A DNA stretch of 64,000 nucleotides from an uncultured Gammaproteobacteria bacterium (GTDB lineage: Bacteria > Patescibacteriota > Patescibacteriia > UBA2591 > UBA6264), in assembly GCA_964596735.1 (NCBI GenBank), contig CAZQVF010000002.1:82321-146320 (forward strand), read 5' to 3'. Position numbers and translations under genes: made by a program. Below, in pieces: positions 17,846-28,408 of the stretch. The notes below the pieces were generated by a model, which worked only from the letters and a program-made list of their open reading frames with translations, had not been told where the DNA came from and searched no databases. Position 1 is the first letter of the stretch, and each line of letters opens with the position of its first letter.

Positions 17846-18557
17846 ACTTAATTTTCTTAAATATTAGGAAGTAAACAACAATTAAAAGAATGGCCAAAGG
17901 AATTAAGTTCCACCACCAGTCAAATCTAACAATAGTGTTATAAAGGCCATGGAAAAGAATGGCAATAACAACTCCCCTAAAAATAATTAGTTTTGGTCTT
18001 TTTACAGAATTGAACTTGACTAAACCTAAATGATAGCCAATAATACCACCAGCAAGAAAATGCATAAATGTACTTGTAAAGCCTCTTAATAAAATAGTAG
18101 AAGCCCCTATCATTAAATCGCCGACTAAAAACCCATAAAGTAGATTTTCAACAAAAGCCAAGCCTAAACCCAAGACCATTCCATAAACAAAACCATCTCT
18201 TAATTCATCAAAATGCACTGATTGATAAGTTCTATATCTTAAAACCAAGTATTTGCTTGTTTCTTCAATAAAACCATCAATTAAAAAGGATAAAATTATA
18301 ATAAGGGCAATTGAACCAAACCAAGAAGTGTCCTGGACTAAACGCGTTAAATAACCAGCTAAAGGGATGATTGGAATGGTAATTAAACATCCCCAAAGAA
18401 AAGTTTTAAAAATCTGCAAACCTGGTTCAGGAGCGGCCTTATCAAGCCTTAGACAAATAAAAAGCCAAAGCAATGTCGGGCCAGCGCTCAATAATAAAAA
18501 GATAACAGAATTCTGCCAATTGGCTTGTTCAATTAAATATTCAAATAAATATCCCAT
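17802..18557 (-). CDS. PrsW-family intramembrane protease-like membrane protein
   Basis: Polytopic membrane protein with FIEE..K and HxxxN-like motifs typical of PrsW/CAAX-type proteases (GFIEETSKYL, FHGLYN). Its 3' end overlaps the miaB 3' end by 44 nt (convergent). Confidence 0.55.
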   Translation of the reverse strand: MGYLFEYLIEQANWQNSVIFLLLSAGPTLLWLFICLRLDKAAPEPGLQIFKTFLWGCLITIPIIPLAGYLTRLVQDTSWFGSIALIIILSFLIDGFIEETSKYLVLRYRTYQSVHFDELRDGFVYGMVLGLGLAFVENLLYGFLVGDLMIGASTILLRGFTSTFMHFLAGGIIGYHLGLVKFNSVKRPKLIIFRGVVIAILFHGLYNTIVRFDWWWNLIPLAILLIVVYFLIFKKIKFISRSDLQAPRASL

Positions 18558-18564
18558 TTCTATA

Positions 18565-18633
18565 TTATAAGCAAAGCTTGAAATTAAATTATTATATATA
18601 GAATTAATGTAATTTAATTATAGCATAAAAATT
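18565..18633 (+). repeat. Conserved intergenic element, variant copy 4 (lacks the CTGC/GCAG palindrome)
   Basis: attataagcaaagcttgaaattaaattattatatatagaattaatgtaatttaattatagcataaaaattATG (miaA). Confidence 0.6.
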
Positions 18634-19539
18634 ATGCCTGAAAAGCGAAAATTGGTTGTTATTTGTGGACCAACTGCCTGTGGAAAAACAGGTTTATCAT
18701 TAGAATTGGCTCAAAAATATAACGGGGAAATAATCGCCGCTGACAGTCGGACTATTTACCAAGATATGAATATTGGCACAGCCAAGCCCTCTTTAGAAGA
18801 ACGTTTAAAAATCCCTCATTATTTAATTGACGTTGTTCAGCTTGATCAAGAATTCACTGTGGCTCAATTTAAACAACGAGCCTTAGGTGTTATTTACGAG
18901 ATTCTCCGCCGATATAAGGTGCCTTTTTTAGTTGGGGGCACTGGCCTATATATCAGCTCTATTGTTAATAACTTAGATATCCCTTCTATTCCTCCTGATC
19001 AGAAATTAAGAAAAAAACTGGAAAAAAAGATTGTTAAACACGGTCTTGATTATCTTTGGCAAAAATTAATAAAATTAGATCCAGACGCAGCTGGTTTTGT
19101 TCAAAAACAAAATCCCCGCCGTGTTATTAGAGCTTTAGAGGTTTGTTTAAAAGCAAAAAAACCTTTTTCCCAGTTGCGCCAGAAAAAACAATGTTTGTTT
19201 AATGTCTTACAAATTGGCATTAAACTAAGCAAAAAAGAACTGATTCAAAGAATTGATCAACGCACCGAACAAATGATTAAACAAGGACTAGTTGAAGAGG
19301 TTAAAGAATTGGTTAAAAAATATCCCTCTGATGTTTTGGCTTTGGATACTATTGGTTATCAAGAAATTATATCCTATCTACAAAATAAAATTAGATTAGA
19401 TGAGGCGGTTGATTTAATTAAAAAAAATACGTGGCAGTATGCCCGACGCCAAATGACTTGGTTTAAAAAAGATAAAACTATTAAATGGATTGAAAATACT
19501 GAAGAAGCAGAAAAACTAGTTAAAGATTTTTTAATCTAA
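18634..19539 (+). CDS. miaA: tRNA dimethylallyltransferase
   Basis: P-loop GPTACGKTG, ADSRTIYQDMNIGTAKP. Confidence 0.9.
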   Translation: MPEKRKLVVICGPTACGKTGLSLELAQKYNGEIIAADSRTIYQDMNIGTAKPSLEERLKIPHYLIDVVQLDQEFTVAQFKQRALGVIYEILRRYKVPFLVGGTGLYISSIVNNLDIPSIPPDQKLRKKLEKKIVKHGLDYLWQKLIKLDPDAAGFVQKQNPRRVIRALEVCLKAKKPFSQLRQKKQCLFNVLQIGIKLSKKELIQRIDQRTEQMIKQGLVEEVKELVKKYPSDVLALDTIGYQEIISYLQNKIRLDEAVDLIKKNTWQYARRQMTWFKKDKTIKWIENTEEAEKLVKDFLI

Positions 19540-21029
19540 TTTTTTAATTCTTTTTCTAATAATTCCTGAACTGTATTTGGCTCAGCTTGTCCCTGAGTCT
19601 TTTTCATTACTTGGCCAACTAAATATTTTATTACATTGGTTTTTCCTTTTTTTATTTTTTCGACTATTTCTGGATTATCTTCAATTACCTTTAAGATAAT
19701 TTTTCCTAAATCTAATTTATCTTCTGCTGTTTTAAAATCATATTCTTTTAAGACCCTATCCACATCTTTTTCAGTAACATACATTTTTTCTAAAACTTGT
19801 TGACCTAAATTATCAGTAAGTTTTTTTTCATACATTAGAATAATAAACTCAGCAAAATTCTCTGGAGTGATTTTAAAATCAAGCTCTTGGCTCTTTTTTT
19901 GCAAAACAAGCAAATTATTAATTAACCACTTTAATAGTAATTTAATGAATTTACCTCTATTATTCTGCCAAATTTCTTGTTCTGACCCTTCAACTGTTTC
20001 TAAAGATATGAGCCAGGCTTTAAGTTCAGAAATAACTTTTTCAACATAAGCCGCTCTTTTCTTGGTTTCCGTTAAAAGTCCTGCTTCTGAGGTACCAAAC
20101 CCATACTCTTCAATAAAACGTTCTCTTTTCTTCATTGGCAATTCAGGTAAATCTTTTTTTAAAAGCTCTAAATCAATTCCCTGCTTTTTAAAGGTGTTTT
20201 TATCAAGAGGTGGTAGATCTGGTTCTGGGAAATATCGATAATCTTTTTCCTCTTCTTTGCCTCTTTGTTCAACTGTTTTACGGCCATCCCAGCCCTGGGT
20301 TGTTTGATATTTTGGTGGACTACCCTTATCCCACAATTCTTGTTGGCGAATTATCTCATAAGACAAGGCTTTTTCCACTGCTTTAAAAGAATTAAGATTT
20401 TTAATTTCTGTTTTTGGATAAAGTTTTTTATCATTCCTTGGCCTTATAGAAATATTGGCGTCGCAGCGTAATTGTCCTTTTTCCATGTCTGCATCAGAAA
20501 TTTCCAAATACCTAACAATCTTTTGTAATTCCTCAAGAAAAACTTTGGCGTGTGTTGCATTTTTAATCTCAGGATTTGTAACAATTTCTACCAATGGAAC
20601 ACCAGCTCGATTAAAATCAACTAAACTAGACTCATTCTGATGAAAAAGTTTAGCCGTGTCTTCTTCTAAGTGGATTCGTTCTAAATGAACATCTCCTGAA
20701 TTAGTATGTACTACGCCTCCTTTAATTAAAGGCAATTGATACTGACTGATTTGATATCCTTTAGGTAAGTCTGGGTAAAAATAGTTTTTGCGGTCAAAAC
20801 AACAATTTTCAGCCACTTCTCCGTCTAAGGCTAAACCAAGTTTTAAAGCTTTAATAATTACTTCTTTGTTTAAAACTGGTAAAACACCAGGGTGACCCAT
20901 GCAAATAGGACAAATATTTAAATTAGGCTTATCTGTTTCTTGGTTAGGGCAACTACAAAAAAACTTACTTTTTGTTTTAAGCTCTAAATGAATTTCTAAA
21001 CCAATGATTGTTTCGTAATCTTTTGTCAT
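19536..21029 (-). CDS. gatB: Asp/Glu-tRNA amidotransferase subunit B
   Basis: YETIIGLEIHLELKTKSKFFC N-terminus and GatB/YqeY C-terminal domain. Confidence 0.9.
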   Translation of the reverse strand: MTKDYETIIGLEIHLELKTKSKFFCSCPNQETDKPNLNICPICMGHPGVLPVLNKEVIIKALKLGLALDGEVAENCCFDRKNYFYPDLPKGYQISQYQLPLIKGGVVHTNSGDVHLERIHLEEDTAKLFHQNESSLVDFNRAGVPLVEIVTNPEIKNATHAKVFLEELQKIVRYLEISDADMEKGQLRCDANISIRPRNDKKLYPKTEIKNLNSFKAVEKALSYEIIRQQELWDKGSPPKYQTTQGWDGRKTVEQRGKEEEKDYRYFPEPDLPPLDKNTFKKQGIDLELLKKDLPELPMKKRERFIEEYGFGTSEAGLLTETKKRAAYVEKVISELKAWLISLETVEGSEQEIWQNNRGKFIKLLLKWLINNLLVLQKKSQELDFKITPENFAEFIILMYEKKLTDNLGQQVLEKMYVTEKDVDRVLKEYDFKTAEDKLDLGKIILKVIEDNPEIVEKIKKGKTNVIKYLVGQVMKKTQGQAEPNTVQELLEKELKN

Positions 21030-21038
21030 AATGTAATA

Positions 21039-22415
21039 TTAAGCAACGTCTTTCCTGGATAAAACAACAGGAATGGTTTTTATTATAATTTGAAAATCAA
21101 AACCTAAAGACCAATTTTCAATATAGTAAATATCTAATTTGGCCTCTTCTTCAAAAGATAATTTAGAACGTCCTGATATTTGAGCTAAACCAGTAATACC
21201 TGGCTTAATAGTTAAAAGTTGTTTGTGGTGGTTTTGATATCGAGCTACTTCTTGGGGTTCGTGAGGACGAGGACCAATCAAACTCATCTCCCCTTTTAAA
21301 ACATTAAATAATTGTGGCAATTCATCAAGGCTGGCTTTGCGTAAAAACCGGCCAAACTTAGTAATACGCGGATCATTTTCCATTTTGAAAAGAGGGCCTT
21401 CTTTTCTCTCATTATACTTTGATAGCTCCCTTTTCATCTGATGGGCATCTTTAACCATGGAACGAAACTTATAAAGGTTAAACTTCTTTCCCCTTTCTCT
21501 AATTCTTTCTAGTTTTACAAAAATTGGGCCTGAAGAATCTAATTTAATAAATATGCCTAAAATTAAGAAGACAGGACTAAGAATAATCAAGCTAATAAAA
21601 GAGAAAACTAAATCAAATAAACGTTTCGCAATTCTTCCCCAGCCATCTAAAGCTGTTTTTTGAATAACAATAATAGGAATACCGCCAATTGTTTCTGTTT
21701 GCACATTAGTCGCTAAAGAATTAAAAATATCAGGGGTGTATTTAAATACAATTTGATGTTCATTACAAAATTCTATTAGCCTTAAAACATCTTGACGACT
21801 AAGTTTTGGGTCGGCTTGGATAATTTGACTAATCTGATTAGCCTTGTCAGACCATTTATTAATCAATTCCTCAACTGTCTGTAAATGGCCTAAGGTCTGA
21901 TAACCCAATCCTGGTCTAGTTTTAATGTATTGATTAATTTGCTCAGCTGTTTTATCAGCTCCTAAAACCAAAATTGGCTCTAATCCTTTTCCTTTTCGAT
22001 AATAAATCAATTGAATGTAATGGCTTAAAATTCTCCCAAAGCTAACAAAAATAAAACTCATTAGCCAGCCGGCTAAAATAATAAAGCGGGAAGAAAAATA
22101 TTCTCTTTGAAAAAAAATAAAAAGAACAATTAACATTGTTCCCACTGAACAGGCCAAAAATATTTTTGAAAATTCTTTTGAAAAATGCCTTTCTTTTAAG
22201 TTATAAAGACCAGCTAGAATAAAAACGATCAGCCAAATTAAAAAAATAATTAATAGGGTTATAAAATATCTACCAAAGGGAATCTCATAAATTACTGGTC
22301 TCAGCTCAACTAAAGCACTGAAACGAAGATAATAGACGAATACACCTGATAAGACCAGCATTAAATAGTCAAGAGGAACAAGAATAGCTGAAAAAATAAG
22401 GTCAAACTTTTTCAT
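21039..22415 (-). CDS. Polyprenyl-phosphate sugar phosphotransferase (WbaP/PglC-like bacterial sugar transferase)
   Basis: Multi-TM N-terminus plus C-terminal bacterial sugar transferase domain (FNLYKFRSM, DELPQLFNVLKGEMSLIGPRP). Confidence 0.8.
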   Translation of the reverse strand: MKKFDLIFSAILVPLDYLMLVLSGVFVYYLRFSALVELRPVIYEIPFGRYFITLLIIFLIWLIVFILAGLYNLKERHFSKEFSKIFLACSVGTMLIVLFIFFQREYFSSRFIILAGWLMSFIFVSFGRILSHYIQLIYYRKGKGLEPILVLGADKTAEQINQYIKTRPGLGYQTLGHLQTVEELINKWSDKANQISQIIQADPKLSRQDVLRLIEFCNEHQIVFKYTPDIFNSLATNVQTETIGGIPIIVIQKTALDGWGRIAKRLFDLVFSFISLIILSPVFLILGIFIKLDSSGPIFVKLERIRERGKKFNLYKFRSMVKDAHQMKRELSKYNERKEGPLFKMENDPRITKFGRFLRKASLDELPQLFNVLKGEMSLIGPRPHEPQEVARYQNHHKQLLTIKPGITGLAQISGRSKLSFEEEAKLDIYYIENWSLGFDFQIIIKTIPVVLSRKDVA

Positions 22416-22442
22416 ACTTCTATTTTACCACAAAAATCTATC

Positions 22443-22470
22443 TTGACAAGTAAATAATTTCTGTTATAAT
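22443..22470 (+). promoter_or_regulatory. Sigma70-like promoter for rnpB (TTGACA-16-TATAAT)
   Basis: TTGACA at 22443-22448 and TATAAT at 22465-22470, about 11 nt before the RNA 5' end. Confidence 0.65.
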
Positions 22471-22481
22471 AAAATAGACTT

Positions 22482-22844
22482 AAGTAGGTGGCGATCGCTC
22501 TAAATATGACCTAGTCATATTTGGGGAGGAAAGTCCGAACACTCCCTTATTTAACATGAGGAGCCGGGTAGCAGGTAACTCCTGTCGTCGCGCACATTAC
22601 GAGCATGATAGAGGTGCGAACAGAGACGCTTAAACCTGAAAAGGTAAAAGCACCCCTTGGGGTGAGCTCTAAAAGAAATTTTAGAGGTGAAACGGCTAAA
22701 CCCTTACCTGAGTGAAAGGCCAAACAAAAAACCCCTGAATTTCAAAATTCAAGGATGGTAGGCCGTTTGAGTCTAGTTGCAAAGCTAGATCTAGATAAAT
22801 GATCGCGCTCTCACGAGTAACAGAATTCGGCTTATTGCCTACTT
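22482..22844 (+). ncRNA. rnpB: RNase P RNA (bacterial type A-like)
   Basis: 5' AAGUAGGUGG pairs with 3' UUGCCUACUU (P1). Contains GGAAAGUCCGAAC (P4 5' strand) and ACAGAAUUCGGCUUA (P4 3' strand / conserved 3' region). Confidence 0.85.
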
Positions 22845-23254
22845 AAGTCTTTTTTATTCTTGTCAATCACTTGATTAACAAGCTTATCAGCTTGTTTATT
22901 TTTTTCTCTGGGAATATAATGGTAACTGATTTTTTTAAAAGACTGGGACAAATTCCACACTTTAACAAACAAAGAGCCCAGATCTCGGTTTTTTATTTTA
23001 TATCGATGATTTAACTGTTCAACAATCAACTGGCTATCCAAATAACAACTAAGTTCTTTAGCTTTTAAGGCTTTTGCTTTTTGCAAAGCTAAAATTAAAG
23101 CCTCATATTCTGCTTGATTATTAGTGGCTTTTTTTAAAAACTTAGTGTATTCTCCAATTACTTTGTTTTGTTGGTCATAAATAACCACCCCGCAACCGCC
23201 TGGTCCTGGATTCCCCCTGGCTCCACCATCTGTATAGATTTTTAATTTACTCAT
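22832..23254 (-). CDS. rnhA: Ribonuclease HI
   Basis: IYTDGGARGNPGPGGCGVVI DEDD active-site signature. The 3' end overlaps the rnpB 3' end by ~13 nt (convergent). Confidence 0.85.
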   Translation of the reverse strand: MSKLKIYTDGGARGNPGPGGCGVVIYDQQNKVIGEYTKFLKKATNNQAEYEALILALQKAKALKAKELSCYLDSQLIVEQLNHRYKIKNRDLGSLFVKVWNLSQSFKKISYHYIPREKNKQADKLVNQVIDKNKKDLSRQ

Positions 23255-23262
23255 AAACGATA

Positions 23263-24957
23263 TTATTTACTATTTTTTAAATCAATTACTTTCATTTGTA
23301 ATTCTCGAGTGCCGTTCCACTCATTAATGTCTAATTGAAAAACAATGTCTAATTTATCCCCTATCTTAATTCCTTCCATTTTATGATTGGCTTTAAAATA
23401 GATCATTTTTTTTCCTTGATCAATAATTAGACGACAATGTTGTCCATTTTTTCCAACAATTTGTTTACCTTTTAAATAGGCGTGTTTAAGTAAAAGATTG
23501 GGCTGCCAGTTGTCACGACCAAATGGCTCAAACTTAACCAACTCTTCGTATAAAGGCCAATCAATGTCATTTAATTCAACCTGGGCATCAATTCTAAGTT
23601 TAGAGACTAGGTCTTGTTTTTTTATTTGTTTTCTCCCAATTTTTAGAATTTCTTTTTTAAAATCTTCGAATTTATCTGGACTTATAGTTAGTCCGACTGC
23701 CCCGGGATGTCCTCCAAAACGAATAAAATATTTTTTTAAAAGAGATAATGCCTGATGTAAATTAAAATTTGGTAGTGAACGGCCAGAGCCAATAATTTCA
23801 TTATTTCTTTGAGTTAAAACAAGAGCTGGTCGAGAATATTGATCAAGTAGTTTACTGGCACATAAACCCAAAACGCCCTTTGGCCAATCCCCAAAAGCAA
23901 TTAAAACCATTTCTTTTGGCTTGTCTCCTATGTCTAATTTAATTTTTCGAAAAGTTTTTTCAACTAATTGTTGCCTTGTCAGATTAAACGAGTTTAAATG
24001 TTCAGCCAGTTCATCAGCCTCAAAAGGATTTTTGGCTAAAATCATATTTAAGGCTTCGTCAGCATGTTTAACTCTAGCCGCGGCATTGATTCTCGGGCTT
24101 AGTTGAAAAGTTATATTCCCTGTACTGAGTTTGCCTAATTCTAAACCACTTTTTTCTACTAAAGATCTTATTCCTAAATTAGTTGTTTTATTTAAAACAA
24201 CTAAGCCATATTTAACCAGGGTTCTATTTTCGCCCAATAAAGGCATATAATCAGCTACTGTTCCTAAGGCCACTAAGTCAAGCAACCATTTTTCTGTTGC
24301 TTCTTTATTTTCTATCTGACACCTTGAATCAGACAATAGAGCCTGAATAAACTTAAAGGCGACCCCTACTCCGGCCAAAGTTTTAAAAGGATATTTTTCT
24401 CTATTTGCCTGTGGATTAATAATGGCAAAAGCCTTGGGAAGTTCTTTTCCTTGACAATGATGATCAGTAACAATTACTTCTATTCCTGCCTGATTGGCTA
24501 AATCGATTTCTTTGTTATTAGTGATTCCACAATCACAAGTCACAATCAGATTAACTTTTTGTTCAATAAATTCTTTAACCATTTTCTCGCTTAAGCCATA
24601 GCCTTCTATCTCTCTATCTGGAATATAGGTGGTAATATCTTTTGCTCCTAATTTTTGAAAAATAGGAAGTAAAATAGCCGAAGAAGTGATGCCGTCTGTG
24701 TCATAATCACCACAAATAACAATTTTTTCTTTTGTTTCAATTGCCTTATAAATTCTATCAACCGCCTTTTTCATGTCTTGTAATAAAAAGGGGTCGTGGA
24801 GATCTTGAGAATAATCTGGCAATAAAAATTCATCAATCTTCTTTTGAGTGTCTAGGTTGCGATTAAAAAACAATTGCAAAATTATCGGATTAATTTCCGG
24901 AAATTTTTCTTTAAATTCATTTGAATATTTTGGAGTAATCTCCCAAACTTTTTCCAT
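23263..24957 (-). CDS. recJ: Single-stranded-DNA-specific exonuclease RecJ
   Basis: DHH motifs (VICGDYDTDGITS, DHH) and DHHA1 (GGHPGAVG). Confidence 0.85.
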   Translation of the reverse strand: MEKVWEITPKYSNEFKEKFPEINPIILQLFFNRNLDTQKKIDEFLLPDYSQDLHDPFLLQDMKKAVDRIYKAIETKEKIVICGDYDTDGITSSAILLPIFQKLGAKDITTYIPDREIEGYGLSEKMVKEFIEQKVNLIVTCDCGITNNKEIDLANQAGIEVIVTDHHCQGKELPKAFAIINPQANREKYPFKTLAGVGVAFKFIQALLSDSRCQIENKEATEKWLLDLVALGTVADYMPLLGENRTLVKYGLVVLNKTTNLGIRSLVEKSGLELGKLSTGNITFQLSPRINAAARVKHADEALNMILAKNPFEADELAEHLNSFNLTRQQLVEKTFRKIKLDIGDKPKEMVLIAFGDWPKGVLGLCASKLLDQYSRPALVLTQRNNEIIGSGRSLPNFNLHQALSLLKKYFIRFGGHPGAVGLTISPDKFEDFKKEILKIGRKQIKKQDLVSKLRIDAQVELNDIDWPLYEELVKFEPFGRDNWQPNLLLKHAYLKGKQIVGKNGQHCRLIIDQGKKMIYFKANHKMEGIKIGDKLDIVFQLDINEWNGTRELQMKVIDLKNSK

Positions 24958-25019
24958 ATTCTTTTATTTTAACAAAAAATTTGGCCGGTCATACCTACCA
25001 AAGAAAAGAAATTCGTTCA

Positions 25020-26285
25020 TTACTTTCTTTTTTTAATCTGTTTAAGCCCAGTATGTTTTTGTAAGACCTTGGGAATTTTAATTGAACCATCTTTTTGCTG
25101 ATAATTTTCCATAATGGCAATTAAAATCCGGCCAATAGCAAAAGCTGTTCCATTTAAAGTATGAACAAATTCTATTTTTTCTTGGTTATTTCGAAAACGA
25201 ATATTTAATCTTCTTGCTTGAAAATCTGTGCAATTTGAAGTTGAATGTGTTTCCCTGTATTTATTCTGGCCAGGCATCCAGCATTCAATGTCATATTTAC
25301 TCGCCGCTGGATCTCCTAAATCGCCTGTGCACATTTTAACCACTTGATAAGGGATTTTCAATGCTTGAACTAATTTTTCTTCTAAGCTAAGAATAAATTT
25401 ATGCTCTTCTATTGATTTATCTGGAGTACAAAAACTAAACATTTCTACTTTATCAAACTGATGGACCCTTAAAATTCCCTTAACATCTTTGCCGTAAGAA
25501 CCCGCTTCTCTTCGAAAACAGGTGGAAAAAGATACATATCTTTTGGGTAAATCCTTTTTATCTAATATCTCATTTACATGCATGGGACCAATAGATTGCT
25601 CTGAGGTCCCGACTAAATAAAAATTATCTTTTTTGGTTTGATAAACCTCATCTTCTCCTCTTTCTAAATAACCCATTGCTTTCATTTGTCCTTGCTTAAT
25701 CATTACCGGAGGAACAACCGGGACAAAGCCTTGTTTTGTCAAAGTTTGAAAAACAAACTGGACCAAGCCATATTCTAATAAAGCTAATTCATTTTTTAAA
25801 TAAGCAAATCTGGTTCCAGAGACTTTTCCTGCTCTTTGTATGTCAATTAAATCAAGGTCTTCTCCTAAGGCTAAATGGTCTTTTGCTTCAAAATCAAATA
25901 CCTTAATTTTGCCCCACTGGGATAAAACCTCATTTTCTGATTCATCTTTGCCTACCTTAACATCAGGCAGGGCTGGATTAGGAATAGAAAGCATTAATTT
26001 TTGGAATTCTGTTTCAATTTTGGTTAATTCCTTGTCTGCTTGATCTATTTTATTAACCATTTCCTTTGCCTGGTTAATTAATTTTTGCTTTTCCTCTCTT
26101 TTAAGAGAAGCTATTTTTTTAGATAATTGATTGTGTTCAGCTTTTAGAATTTCGTTTTGTTTAATTAATTTTCTTCTTTGGGTGTCAAGAGTTAAAAGCT
26201 TATTAATATCAACTTTGGCTTGCTTGTCCTGACAAGCTTTTTTTATTTTTTCTGGATTATCTCTTATTGTTTTAATATTTAACAT
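25020..26285 (-). CDS. serS: Seryl-tRNA synthetase
   Basis: N-terminal coiled coil and class II core motifs (FRREAGSYGKDVKGILRVHQF, GTAFAIGRIL). Confidence 0.9.
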   Translation of the reverse strand: MLNIKTIRDNPEKIKKACQDKQAKVDINKLLTLDTQRRKLIKQNEILKAEHNQLSKKIASLKREEKQKLINQAKEMVNKIDQADKELTKIETEFQKLMLSIPNPALPDVKVGKDESENEVLSQWGKIKVFDFEAKDHLALGEDLDLIDIQRAGKVSGTRFAYLKNELALLEYGLVQFVFQTLTKQGFVPVVPPVMIKQGQMKAMGYLERGEDEVYQTKKDNFYLVGTSEQSIGPMHVNEILDKKDLPKRYVSFSTCFRREAGSYGKDVKGILRVHQFDKVEMFSFCTPDKSIEEHKFILSLEEKLVQALKIPYQVVKMCTGDLGDPAASKYDIECWMPGQNKYRETHSTSNCTDFQARRLNIRFRNNQEKIEFVHTLNGTAFAIGRILIAIMENYQQKDGSIKIPKVLQKHTGLKQIKKRK

Positions 26286-26289
26286 AAGT

Positions 26290-27747
26290 CTATTCTTCTT
26301 GTTTGGGCTTTAAAGTGGGAAAAAGAATTACCTCTTTAATGTTGCGAGTGTTAGTTAAAAGGCAGACTATTCTATCAATGCCAATTCCTTCTCCAGCCGT
26401 CGGCGGCATCCCATGTTTTAAAGCAGTAATAAAATTTTGATCAAATGGCTGGGCTTCTTGATCACCTTTATCTAATAGTTTTTGTTGTTCTTTAAATCTT
26501 TTCTCTTGTTCTAAGGGATCGTTTAATTCTGAAAAACCATTACAGATCTCTAAACCAGCCACTAATAATTGGAATCTTTCAACATAACCTGGTCTGTCTG
26601 GAATTTGTTTAGATAAAGGAGACAGTTCAACAGGATGATTAATTAAAAAAGTCGGTTTAATAATCTTGGGTCTGACTGCTTCCTTATAGATTTCATCAAT
26701 GATTTTTCCCCTTCCCCAGGTTTTGTCTACAGGAATTTTTAACTTTTCTGCTTTTTTAGCTAATAATTTAAGATCTTTTTCTTTATCAATATCAATTCCT
26801 GTATGATTTAACAATGTCTCTCGATAATCCATTTTCGGATAAGGTGGCACGAAATTAATTTTTTTACCTTGATATTCAATGGTTAATTTTCCTGTAACCT
26901 CTTTAACTAATCTCTGTAATAATTTTTCAGTTAATTTCATTAAATCTTGATAATCAGCATATGCTTGATAAAACTCAACCTGGGTAAATTCTGGATTATG
27001 AGCCCAATCAATGCCTTCATTACGAAAACAGCGAGCAATTTCGTAAACTCTTTCAAAGCCAGCCACAATTAATCTTTTTAAATAAAGCTCGGGAGCAATT
27101 CTTAGATATAGATCAATGTCTAATGCTTGGTGATGAGTAACAAAGGGCTTAGCCGCTGCTCCGCCGGCTAAGGGTTGTAATATGGGGGTGTCTACCTCAA
27201 TATATTCTAAATCATTAAAAAATTTTCTAATTACTTTGATAATCTGGCTTCTTTTAATAAAAATATCTTTGACTTTTTTGTTAACCAATAGGTCAAGATA
27301 ACGTTGACGAAAACGAGTTTCAATATCAGCTAAGCCATGCCACTTTTCTGGTAAAGGTAAAACTGCTTTAGATAAAATTTTCCAAGAATTAACTTGAAGG
27401 GTTTTTTCTCCTTTTTTAGTGGTAAAAAGACTGCCTTGTGCTTGAATAAAATCACCGACATCAATATTTTTAACAAAAAACTTATACTCTTCTTCACCAA
27501 TATCTCTTTGGTTTAAAAAAAGCTGAAACCGTCCAGTTCCATCTTGGATATGGGCAAAACAAGCCTTACCATGTAATCTTATTAAAACAAGGCGACCAAG
27601 TAAAATAATTTTTGTTTTGCCAATCTTATTAAATTCTTTTCCAACTTGATAACAAGTATAAGAACGCTTGGATTTTGCTGGATAAGGATCAATCCCCTTC
27701 TTTTTTATTTCTGCTAATTTTTTGATTCTTTGTTGTTCTTCTCCCAT
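26290..27747 (-). CDS. lysS: Lysyl-tRNA synthetase (class II)
   Basis: N-terminal OB fold plus class II motifs (FRNEGIDWAHNPEFT, GIGIDRIV). Start placed at the internal Met (MGEEQQRIKKL); the track start is 27783. Confidence 0.85.
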   Translation of the reverse strand: MGEEQQRIKKLAEIKKKGIDPYPAKSKRSYTCYQVGKEFNKIGKTKIILLGRLVLIRLHGKACFAHIQDGTGRFQLFLNQRDIGEEEYKFFVKNIDVGDFIQAQGSLFTTKKGEKTLQVNSWKILSKAVLPLPEKWHGLADIETRFRQRYLDLLVNKKVKDIFIKRSQIIKVIRKFFNDLEYIEVDTPILQPLAGGAAAKPFVTHHQALDIDLYLRIAPELYLKRLIVAGFERVYEIARCFRNEGIDWAHNPEFTQVEFYQAYADYQDLMKLTEKLLQRLVKEVTGKLTIEYQGKKINFVPPYPKMDYRETLLNHTGIDIDKEKDLKLLAKKAEKLKIPVDKTWGRGKIIDEIYKEAVRPKIIKPTFLINHPVELSPLSKQIPDRPGYVERFQLLVAGLEICNGFSELNDPLEQEKRFKEQQKLLDKGDQEAQPFDQNFITALKHGMPPTAGEGIGIDRIVCLLTNTRNIKEVILFPTLKPKQEE

Positions 27748-27777
27748 AATGTGATATTTTAACATTGTCAGAAAATA

Positions 27778-27802
27778 AAACAAGGCCCGACAGGGCCTTG
27801 AT
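27778..27802 (-). terminator. Hairpin terminator downstream of greA
   Basis: AAGGCCCgacaGGGCCTT: 7-bp stem, followed on the minus strand by GUUUUAUUUUCU. Confidence 0.6.
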
Positions 27803-27816
27803 TAATATAGAAAAAA

Positions 27817-28269
27817 TTACTCAATCTTAATGATTTCAGCTTGTATTTCTGCTTTAGGGGTTTTAATTATCACTTTTTCCCCGACTCTCTTTTCTAATAA
27901 AGCTTGTCCAATGGGCGATTCATATGAAATACGGCCTTGGCCCGGGGCTGCCTCTTCACTGCCAACCAAAATATATATTTGAATCTCTTGATTAACTTTT
28001 ATAGTCACTGTTGTTCCAATTTCAACACAACCGCTTTTTTCGCGATTTTCAACAGGTTGGGCAGTTCTTAAGAGATTTTCTAGCTCTTGTATTCGAGATG
28101 CAACCAATGAGAGTTCTTCTTTAGCAGAAGTAAACTCGCTATTCTCAGTTAAATCTCCTTGTTCTTGAGCGCTACGAATTCTTCGGGCAATTCCTGGTTT
28201 TTTTTCCCTTAATGTCACTAATTCGTCTTCAATTTTCATTCGCCCCTCAGGCGTTATAAATTTAGGCAT
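27817..28269 (-). CDS. greA: Transcription elongation factor GreA
   Basis: Coiled-coil N-domain and FKBP-like C-domain (ISYESPIGQALLEKRVGEKV). Confidence 0.85.
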   Translation of the reverse strand: MPKFITPEGRMKIEDELVTLREKKPGIARRIRSAQEQGDLTENSEFTSAKEELSLVASRIQELENLLRTAQPVENREKSGCVEIGTTVTIKVNQEIQIYILVGSEEAAPGQGRISYESPIGQALLEKRVGEKVIIKTPKAEIQAEIIKIE

Positions 28270-28408
28270 ATAGGCATAAATGTACTACTAAACCATAAAT
28301 AAAATCAGAGCAATATAAAACATTCGCTCCTTGGAGTTCAGATTATCTATTTAATTGTTTAAAGTATATCAAATTTTTAGAAAAAGTCAACTAAGGCTGT
28401 GGAAAACT